A program made the position numbers and the translations under genes. A stretch of DNA of 62,622 nt, counting the filler. It is 19 parts of 19 records of this genome, joined end to end, with 100 filler letters (N's around TTAATTAATTAA, not from the genome) between each part and the next. Parts side by side here need not be neighbours in the genome. Positions count along the whole stretch, not along the records: positions 53,495 to 56,511 come from SRR16133337_2651; positions 56,612 to 58,648 come from SRR16133337_2880; positions 58,749 to 62,622 come from SRR16133337_2907; 16 more parts are not named here. One strand, 5' to 3'. Positions within the stretch are counted from its first letter, which is position 1. Each line of letters starts with the position of its first letter. Below the pieces are notes generated by a model. The model saw nothing but the letters and a program-made list of their open reading frames with translations. It was not told the DNA's origin and did not search any database. Of the stretch, positions 54,207-62,622 are shown piece after piece.

Positions 54207-55840
54207 ATGAAATCGTGAAAGAGGAAACGCAAAAAACCGGTAGAGTTATTTGCATCGATCCTCAAAACTTTTTGGAACGAGTCGCAACGCATCCAACAAT
54301 TACTGCTTTTGTGCGAAATAAGGTAATTTCTACAACACAATCTTTCATCTTTTGTATGAAAATTTCGGCAAAAACAATTTCAAATAATTTGAACTGCAAA
54401 ATATCGATCAAATATCATTCAAAATAAATCTGTTTGTTCAGGATCCATGAAACACATTATAACTGCACTTAACATTTTTGGATAATCATGGAAATTATTT
54501 TTATCAACGCTTTATAATTGTTCATTTTTTTTGGGACAGAGTTATATTTTCTTGAAAAATCCATATATTTATAACAAGATGTATTCTCAAAAAATATATT
54601 GTTGGAGAATCGAATCAATAAACATTTTCTTTTCGTGTATATTTTAGTTATTGGGCACTAAACCTGGTAAATTGAGGAACAAGTATTTACGAGATACTCT
54701 CCACTTCACATCTGGGAACAATAACAAATGGACAGGGCCCGTGGATGGGTATCTGATTTCTCAGCCTGATAAAGATGATACAAAAGGTGAGTTTCGAAAT
54801 AGAATTGATTACTTTCCCGAGAAATAAAAAACGATTTTGTGGGTTAAGGGTTTTTTGAATCGTTCGAAAGGGTGACAGTTTTTGTAATTTTCTGTATCTT
54901 CAAATATGAATTTCGATTATTAAACCAAACATTTTGTTTTGGCGTCTTCAAGGAAAATACAAATGTGCCTGTTTCTTGGACTGGTGTTTGTTGCACTTAG
55001 AATCTCTCACACATAAGCCATATATATTTGTCTGTAAACTTTGCTTGATTTTGGGTGTTCTGCTGTTAGACTTATATTTTCCTAAAATAAAAGCAAAGTG
55101 TTTTTGTATTTTAAAAGTGCATCTGAATTGAAATTTGCTTTTTCCACTTTTTTTGCATAGATGATGATGAGTCAAGTGCCGCTGGTGAGGATAATGTACC
55201 ACGTGTTGAAGTGCGTGCGTTGGGAGATCCTGACCCAAATTCAAAAGGCGAAAATGCAATTTCACTTTCGGAACTATCACAACTCAGTATCGAACTCTCA
55301 CAGAATATGAATCCCAATGTGGGGAAAAGAAAACGTATGTATAAAAACACAAACCGTGCAAAAAAGAGGTATATTAGAAAATTTAACAGTTTTTTCATTT
55401 AATCGTTTTAAATATTTTGGGAACAAAATAATTTTTTGTCTTGGACGTGGTAGTTAGATCAGTGCTCGATATTTGTTAGTGTGGTACCACAATTTTTCAT
55501 GCTTTTTGAAAATAAAATTAGAAAAACGATATTTGTTTTTGAACACTTACAATCTTGGTGCGGATAATGCGACATTCTGAATTCAAATTGCAGTAAATAA
55601 AGTTTTGACTTTCGTGATTAGGGTTCGGGTGGATGGGGTGTGGTACCACTTGTTGTTTTATATATTTTTGTGACTGCAGTCAAGCGTTTTTATTTCCATG
55701 TTTTAGACGACAAGGATTCATCATCGCATTGTTCTCCACGTAAACACAAACGTATTTGTTTGGATGCTAGAAGTGAAAATTCATCCCAATCAAGGCGATG
55801 TTCCCCTCGTTTGAAAAATAAGAAGGGCCAAAAAGGCTGA
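54207..55840 (+). CDS. Eukaryotic multi-exon gene of unknown function, 3' part (54207-54322, 54648-54786, 55161-55334, 55707-55840)
   Basis: Four AG/GT-bounded exons join in compatible phases into one frame ending in a basic Ser/Arg/Lys-rich tail. Confidence 0.55.
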
Positions 55841-57424
55841 ATAATAATTTTTGAGTATTCATTTGATGGAGGTGGTGTCATATTTGTGGTTGGTTTGTTG
55901 TTGCAATTATTCATCATAAAGATCCCTCAATATCGTATATTTATATTTGATTTTTGTTTTTCTTCATTCGCTTTCATAAAAATATTTTGAAACGTTTTTT
56001 TCACATTTTCAATTCCATTCGTCATGGCGCATGATAATATTCACATAATTTTTCACCAAAAAAATGAATAATGAATTTTTTCGGGAAAAAGGATTGGTGT
56101 TTTATGTTTGAAATACTAGTTTCTCTAAAATAAATATCTATAGTTTAAGCCGCTGGACGATACGAGGCATTCAAATAAATAAAAGAAAAAGAATGTATAA
56201 ATAACTTTTTTCAAACCACACTCAATTATGGGATTTTTTGGATTCCAAATTAAAAACAAAAATTTCAACAAAAAAATGAGGCAATGTTATGACATGTAGA
56301 ATGTATATAACAAGTAAATCACAGCATCCCGATCCTCAAAAACACGTAGAAAAAAGCCGAGTAAATTGCTGTGCAAAGAAGTCATTAAGGTGGTGGCACG
56401 TTTATTTTTCTCCCCAACCTAAAACAAAGAAATACAAATTGGGTGTGGGATTTTGCCATGAAATATTTTTGAAAAGTTTCTTTTTCATTACAGTTGTTGA
56501 AAATCTAAAAANNNNNNNNNNNNNNNNNNNNNNNNNNNNNNNNNNNNNNNNNNNNTTAATTAATTAANNNNNNNNNNNNNNNNNNNNNNNNNNNNNNNNN
56601 NNNNNNNNNNNTTTTGAAAGAAAAACTTCATGTGAAAAACGGGTCACGGTCTAGTACCTTAAAACCAGAATATTTTGATATCGAAGCAGCATTTTCTAGG
56701 CAGGCAATCCCACACATGAGGAAATTAGTCCGTTAATTTCAATGATTTGAATATCCTGTAAACTTTTTCACTTCTCTTCGTCATTTAAGATGCTGTAATT
56801 AATATTTCGTCTAAAAAATTACGTTTTACGAAAAGCGTGAAAAATAACACACTCTAAAGTGTTCAAAAATTTCTCACATTCACATTTCTTGCTTGAATAC
56901 AAATAATTTTGGACTTTGTTATCACTTCGATTTGTGTTCCTACTTCCGGATACGTACGGTCGCTCTCAGGTACGACTCCATCCCTTTGAGGCCCATTGTT
57001 GTCGCTTTTTTCTGATTGACTGTCAGGAGCGGGTGGAGGGGAGCGCTCTGTCGCCGCTATAAGTAAAAGACAAAATTATTATAATTGCCACACTAAAAAA
57101 AGTTTGAATCAGTATCCAGTGTACATGTCACACCCTTTCTTGATTCAAAACTTCTTTTGGATTCAAACATGTAAACCCCTAAACTCCCAAAGGATGGACA
57201 ATTGTTTCATATTTTTGAAAAAATACACAGTGTTCAAGTTGCATTATATTTCCATTATAGTTTCATCTTTTTTTGAAAATACGCGAAAATACGATTTGCT
57301 ACAAATTTTAGTCAAACCACTCTTCCAACTCCAACTTTTAAAAGTGTAAATGTTGCATTTTCTCGTCAAATAACCCCCTGAGGTGGGTGTGGTGCGTGTA
57401 TGTATGCACGTGGGAGGAGATGTT

Positions 57425-57729
57425 CTATTCATTGATTCTCCCCAAGCCCAAAAAAGATTGAGGACTGATGAAATTTGTATGAATTATTAGCGACCAGAAA
57501 TTTTGGTATTTTTGGCGTAGTGTTTCTCTTTTCTTACGTGACAGTGATCTTCCCGCATTTTTAAAAGCGATACATTCCGAACAAAAATGAGATTCTTTAA
57601 TTTGTGCAGAAGGCTCCGCGTTTGGACACGTCGATGAACAGTAACACCATTCGTCGTCGTCGTTGTCCCATTTGTCACAAAACGATCCTTCTCCGCGACT
57701 GTTTGATTCACCCGTACATTTGCACGTGC
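57425..57729 (-). CDS. Eukaryotic exon with a Cys-rich kringle/FN2-like module
   Basis: After a ttag acceptor: TCKCTGESNSRGEGSFCDKWDNDDDEWCYCSSTCPNAEPS...C. The 3' boundary is uncertain. Confidence 0.5.
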
Positions 57730-58779
57730 CTAAAATGCGAAAAAGAAAACACAAAAATGTAAAGTGTCATTTTATACCACGCAATTGAATATTATTCATG
57801 TGTATTATTTTTCATTGCTAAAATAGAGTGTATGTATTGTTATTTATGTGTGTAAACGCAAAATGTGATTTACATGTCAACTGCGAGGAAAATTATTTAA
57901 ATTGTATGAGATTTGTGCACAATTACCATAATTCATATTTTTCAACTTCTAGAAATTAGGTTCTATTCAAGGGTGAGCTATTGACCTACACCTTTGAATA
58001 AGTATTAACCACGTGAATCAATATTGTGAATTACTTGTACTTGTAGCGTATGAATTAATCTATTTTGTGCAATTACTTGAGCAGTGAACAACTGAAAAAA
58101 ACCTTGAATATCAGCATACAATTTTGAAAATTTATATGACGAAAGACTTAACTGTCTCCACACGAAGCAAATAAGTTTCGAAAAACAAGGACAAGCGTGA
58201 AATTCCACATTTGCTTTATGTACAACTTAAAACCACATTCCACCTCGAATTATCACTCCAAAATATCATCAAGAGCCGTCTCTAAAACGTAGTAAAACAA
58301 ATTCTTGTAAAACTCTTTCAAAATCTCAATGTCACTCGTGCACCTCTAATTTTTCTAGACCCAATAAAAAGTTTTATTGGGATGTCAATTTCTTAACTGT
58401 ATTTTTCCTGATTACTTCTACGGGAATTTGAGCAAGAATTAACAAATTATTCGAAAAATATTTCTAATTTGGGGGAAAAATCTTGTTATCATTTTCAATG
58501 GTTTTCACTAAAAAAATCTTTAGTCGCAAATTCAGTTTTAAAATTCAAAAATACGAAAAAATGTGAAAAATGTAAAATTTTCCAACCCGACAAAACTCCT
58601 GAGTCCCCAAACAAAAATTTTCACGTGCCGACTCGACTTGTCGTTTTCNNNNNNNNNNNNNNNNNNNNNNNNNNNNNNNNNNNNNNNNNNNNTTAATTAA
58701 TTAANNNNNNNNNNNNNNNNNNNNNNNNNNNNNNNNNNNNNNNNNNNNGCATGACATCCAGACTGCATGACAAAAAAAC

Positions 58780-58819
58780 CGTTTCACTGTATCACTGTAT
58801 CACCGCATCACCATTTCAC
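58780..58819 (-). repeat. 8-bp tandem repeat (GTGATACA type) overlapping the 3' end of thiH
   Basis: Five units of the family seen at 20331. Confidence 0.85.
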
Positions 58820-59939
58820 CCTCTACAAGATTATAACTTCTGTCCCAATCTTTCCAAACGACTTCATAACCTTTTGATTGAATCATCTGCTTGATTTCAG
58901 CGGTAGATCTTTCGTCCGAAATTTCAAATTGTTCTAAGGATTGTGGATCCACAACATAACCTCCGGGGTTTGTTTTTGATGCGGCACTGATAGACGTAAT
59001 TCCTAAAGAGATACTATGGTTTCTAAAAACTTCATTCTCTCTGGTAGACATGGAAAGTTCAACATCTTCATCTAACAATCGATACGCACAAATTAATTGT
59101 ACTAAATCGGCATCTGTCATTTCAACTTTAGGTTGTACGTCTCCTTGATGCGGTCTTAACCTTGGAAATGAAATAGAGTATTTTGTTTTCCAATAGGTTT
59201 TTTGTAAATATTTGAGATGTAAGGCTGTAAAAAAACTATCGATTCTCCAATCTTCTAAACCGAATAAGACTCCCAATCCAATTTTATGAATCTCTGCTTT
59301 TCCCAATCTGTCTGGAGTCTCCAATCGATATTCAAAATTGGATTTTTTTCCTTTAGGATGATGTGTTTTATAAGCGGCTTTATGATATGTTTCTTGATAT
59401 ACTAATACAGAATACAAACCAGCTTCAATCAATTCTTCATATTCATTTTGGTCTAGAGGTTGTACTTCTATTGTAATATTCGAAAATTGAGAACGGATTA
59501 ATTCGATCGCATGTTTTAAATAAGACACTCCAACAGTTCTGTTAGCTTCACCTGTTACTAAAAGAATATGGTCGTAACCTAATTCTTTGATATGAGTTAC
59601 TTCTTTTAAAATCTCAGCATCGCTTAAGGTTTTTCTTTTGATTTTGTTGGTCATACTAAAACCACAATACGTACAAATGTTTTGACATTCATTAGATAAG
59701 TACATCGGAATATACATCTGAATTGTATTTCCAAATCTCTTTTTTGTCAAAGCATGACTTCTTTGAGCCATTTCTTCTAAAAAAGGTTTTGCAGCAGGAG
59801 AAATCAATACTTTGAAATCTTCCAAATCTATTTTTTCTTTTTGAAGTGCCGTTTCTACCTCTTCCGAAGAAATTGCATAGATCTCTTTTTGGAGTGTTTC
59901 CCAATCGTATTTTTCAAACGTATTTTTAAAGGAGCTCAT
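58800..59939 (-). CDS. thiH: 2-iminoacetate synthase ThiH
   Basis: PMYLSNECQNICTYCGF radical SAM motif, YQETY, SFPRLRP and SKTNPGGY. Start at 59939 (ATG) or 59966. Confidence 0.96.
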   Translation of the reverse strand: MSSFKNTFEKYDWETLQKEIYAISSEEVETALQKEKIDLEDFKVLISPAAKPFLEEMAQRSHALTKKRFGNTIQMYIPMYLSNECQNICTYCGFSMTNKIKRKTLSDAEILKEVTHIKELGYDHILLVTGEANRTVGVSYLKHAIELIRSQFSNITIEVQPLDQNEYEELIEAGLYSVLVYQETYHKAAYKTHHPKGKKSNFEYRLETPDRLGKAEIHKIGLGVLFGLEDWRIDSFFTALHLKYLQKTYWKTKYSISFPRLRPHQGDVQPKVEMTDADLVQLICAYRLLDEDVELSMSTRENEVFRNHSISLGITSISAASKTNPGGYVVDPQSLEQFEISDERSTAEIKQMIQSKGYEVVWKDWDRSYNLVEGEMVMR

Positions 59940-59973
59940 TTTTTTAGTTTTGCTATTTTTCGTCACTTGTTTA

Positions 59974-60750
59974 TTACTTTGTCAGAAAAGAGGTAAAAGG
60001 GCTACTCGCTTCCGCCTGTTTTTTAACGGGTGCTAACTTTGCCTGGTAAGCCATTCTACCTGATTCGACGGCCATTTTAAAAGAAATTCCCATGGCTATT
60101 GGGTCTTTGGAAACCGCAATTGCTGTATTTACCAATACGGCATCAGCTCCTAATTCCATCGCAAGAGCAGCATGAGAGGGAGCTCCAATACCTGCATCGA
60201 CAATTACAGGAACTGTACTTTGCTCCAAGATAATTTCTAAAAAATCCAAGGTTTTAATTCCTTTGTTACTTCCAATAGGAGCTCCTAAAGGCATCACACA
60301 TTGTGTACCTACTTCTTCCAAACGCTTGCATAAAACAGGGTCTGCATGTACATAAGGCATCACTACAAAACCAAGTTTTACCAATTCCTCAGCAGCCTTT
60401 AAGGTTTCGATCGGATCTGGCAATAAGTATTTAGGATCGGGATGAATTTCCAATTTAATCCAGTGGGTTTGTAAAGCTTCACGAGCTAATTGGGCCGCAA
60501 AAATAGCTTCTTTTGCCGTTCTAACACCAGAGGTATTGGGCAGTAAGTTGAGATGACTTGCTTTTAAATGTTTCAGTAAATCGTCTGATTTATTTTGTAG
60601 ATCTACTCTTTTTAAAGCCACGGTTACCAATTCGCTTTTAGAGGCAAGTATTGTATCTCTCATTATTTTGGTACTGTTAAATTTACCCGTACCCGTAAAT
60701 AATCTTGAATTAAAAGTTTTGTCTGCTATTTTTAAAACGTCGTTCATCAT
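59974..60750 (-). CDS. thiG: Thiazole synthase
   Basis: [31 protein letters not shown] and DAGIG motifs. Confidence 0.97.
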   Translation of the reverse strand: MMNDVLKIADKTFNSRLFTGTGKFNSTKIMRDTILASKSELVTVALKRVDLQNKSDDLLKHLKASHLNLLPNTSGVRTAKEAIFAAQLAREALQTHWIKLEIHPDPKYLLPDPIETLKAAEELVKLGFVVMPYVHADPVLCKRLEEVGTQCVMPLGAPIGSNKGIKTLDFLEIILEQSTVPVIVDAGIGAPSHAALAMELGADAVLVNTAIAVSKDPIAMGISFKMAVESGRMAYQAKLAPVKKQAEASSPFTSFLTK

Positions 60751-60758
60751 CCTATTTT

Positions 60759-61439
60759 TTAGAAAACATTTCTTTGTTGAGAAATGGGAGTTGTTTTGTT
60801 CATTATTTGGAGAATTTCAGGAATCCCTGTTTTTTTAAGAGTCCTGTTTGTAAGCAGTCCAGATACCGCAATTCCATGTACCCCTGTACTTAAAATTTCT
60901 AAAATATCTTTTAAGGTAATGCCTCCGATAGCAATTATAGGGATGTCAATATTTTCATCCTTTAGAGTTGAAATTGCTTGATAATACCCTTTCAATCCTA
61001 AAATAGGACTTAAATTTTTTTTAGTTTTTGTAAACCGAAACGGGCCGAGTCCTATATAATCAACCTTGGATTTTGCGTGTTTTCTTAGGTCTTCTATTGT
61101 ATTGGCCGTAGCTCCAATAATAAATTTAGATCCTAAAATAGAACGGGCTTCCAAAGGGTGCATATCATTTGCTCCAAGATGAACCCCATAAGCATTTATT
61201 TGTTTCGCTATGAGAACCTCATCATTGAGGATGAGTTTCGCCTTGTACAAGTCGCAAATCTTTTTAGTTTTTTTTGCTGTGGCTAAAACCGTAGAGGCGG
61301 TTTCGTTTTTTAAACGAAGTTGAATCCAATCAGCACCCTTTACACAAACTTCTTCTATATGCTGTAAATGTACTTCTGGACTTGCTCCTTGAGAGATGTA
61401 CTGTAAATTGGATATTTTCATCTGTTTATCATTGATCAA
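60759..61439 (-). CDS. thiE: Thiamine-phosphate synthase
   Basis: [26 protein letters not shown] and AIGGI motifs. Start may be 61421. Confidence 0.93.
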   Translation of the reverse strand: MINDKQMKISNLQYISQGASPEVHLQHIEEVCVKGADWIQLRLKNETASTVLATAKKTKKICDLYKAKLILNDEVLIAKQINAYGVHLGANDMHPLEARSILGSKFIIGATANTIEDLRKHAKSKVDYIGLGPFRFTKTKKNLSPILGLKGYYQAISTLKDENIDIPIIAIGGITLKDILEILSTGVHGIAVSGLLTNRTLKKTGIPEILQIMNKTTPISQQRNVF

Positions 61440-61463
61440 TTATCTAAAAAACAATAGATTAAA

Positions 61464-62267
61464 TTAACAATCATTCTCCTGAGTGTTTAAAAATGAATCC
61501 TGAAGGTTTTGTTTTAAGGTAGCTTGTTTTCCTAGCCATGTTTTTGTAGAATTCAAAAACTGTTCTGTATAGGTCTTACTCCTTCTACAAGCCTCCTCTA
61601 GGGAATGTCCCAAAGCCAAATTACTGGTAATACTAGAAGCCAATACACAGCCACTTCCATGTTTAGGATGTACTTCTGAAACTCCAGGTTCTATGCTTAT
61701 CTGAATTGTTTTATCATAGTACAAATCGTCCCAACCTTTCTTCTCCGTTCGATGCCCCCCTTTTACATAGAGGTTTGTTTTAGTACGAATAAAATCAATC
61801 GTTTCTTCAGTCGATTTAGAAGGAATTAACATTGCAATTTCTATGTAATTCGGCGTAATTAGATAACAATGTTCCAAGACTCTTTCAAAAAACAATTCCT
61901 TCTCATGGGAATGAAAAAGATAGGAGGCACTCGCTTTTAAAATCGGATCTAGAATAATTTTAATGGCTGGATTTTTTTCTTTTAAAAGAGAGGTGATTGC
62001 CAACAAACTTTCCCAACTTTGAACGATTCCTATTTTTACAAAATCCATTGGAAATCGATCGAAAAGAATTTCTATCTGACTCAATATCGTAGTGCTATTT
62101 AACCATTCACAGGTTTTAAATGTGATGTCATTTTGTATGGTAATTGCCGTGCATACAGACAGTCCGTAAAGTCCGTGAGCTTCAAATGTTTTTATATCTG
62201 AAGTCAAACCGGCACCGCTAGAGGGATCAAGACCTGCAATCGAGAGTATATAAATTGTGTTTGCCAT
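61464..62267 (-). CDS. thiD: Hydroxymethylpyrimidine/phosphomethylpyrimidine kinase
   Basis: SIAGLDPSSGAGLTSDIKT, ITPN, KGGH and HGSGC motifs. Confidence 0.93.
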   Translation of the reverse strand: MANTIYILSIAGLDPSSGAGLTSDIKTFEAHGLYGLSVCTAITIQNDITFKTCEWLNSTTILSQIEILFDRFPMDFVKIGIVQSWESLLAITSLLKEKNPAIKIILDPILKASASYLFHSHEKELFFERVLEHCYLITPNYIEIAMLIPSKSTEETIDFIRTKTNLYVKGGHRTEKKGWDDLYYDKTIQISIEPGVSEVHPKHGSGCVLASSITSNLALGHSLEEACRRSKTYTEQFLNSTKTWLGKQATLKQNLQDSFLNTQENDC

Positions 62268-62622
62268 TTATTTTTTATAGTAATTAAGCATTAATTTAAA
62301 ATCTTCAACAGGTGTTTTGCTATTCCAAATTCCTCCTAATACACCGACGCCTTGGTAACCCATTTTTTCAATTTTATGTAGATTAGATAGGGTAATACCT
62401 CCCATGCCTATTACTGTTTTAGGGATATGATTTACCGTATACTTTTTTCCTTCGTATCCTTTTTTTGAGATGGAAGAAAACACGGGGCTTAACAAATGAT
62501 AGTCAAAAAAGGTTTCACAAATAAAAAGTTCTTCAGGTGTATGAAAAGAACTGCTTACCGTTATTTCGTGTTTTCTTTTGAATTCTGCTATTTGTTGTGC
62601 GATCCCATCTTTTCCGAGATCT
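62268..62622 (-). CDS. ThiE/TenI-like protein, 3' part (5' end outside the window)
   Basis: SSSFH, LSPVFSSISKKGY, GMGGI and GVGVLGGIW motifs. Confidence 0.8.
   Translation of the reverse strand, partial: DLGKDGIAQQIAEFKRKHEITVSSSFHTPEELFICETFFDYHLLSPVFSSISKKGYEGKKYTVNHIPKTVIGMGGITLSNLHKIEKMGYQGVGVLGGIWNSKTPVEDFKLMLNYYKK

Noticed and set aside
58800-62622. Two thiE-like genes and no thiS, thiC, thiF or TPP riboswitch
   Set aside because: Two thiE-like genes are normal in Bacteroidota thi operons, and the rest would lie beyond the window or contig ends.

Overview
The window is not one locus. It is 19 unrelated contigs joined by 18 artificial 100-bp spacers (44 N + TTAATTAATTAA + 44 N), so no linkage can be inferred across spacers. 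Three sources are mixed. (i) A Flavobacteriaceae-like bacterium (5057-8515, 15184-21585, 21686-25821, 25922-28892, 28993-31197, 33810-37007, 44425-53394, 58749-62622) carrying serA/serC, alaS, zapA-6S RNA-rny-clpS, mtaB, porZ-recO and a thiamine operon. (ii) An AT-rich, intron-rich eukaryote, probably a protist, with exons for ankyrin, GT4, TraB-like, Tudor-like, SH3-like and GFRP-like proteins. (iii) A mitochondrial fragment (39539-42218) with trnI, a long nad4 and a divergent atp6, read with TGA=Trp and starting with an Illumina adapter remnant. The best candidate for an uncharacterised system is a three-gene overlapping operon at 34407-36778: a P-loop nucleotide kinase, a PIN-GNAT-PUA(EVE/ASCH-like) fusion and a stand-alone ASCH protein. 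It is bounded by integron-cassette-like sites and appears to sit between two copies of a GH3-family gene; I infer a mobile defence or toxin-antitoxin module acting on modified nucleic acids. All family calls come from motif recognition by eye; no database search was run.
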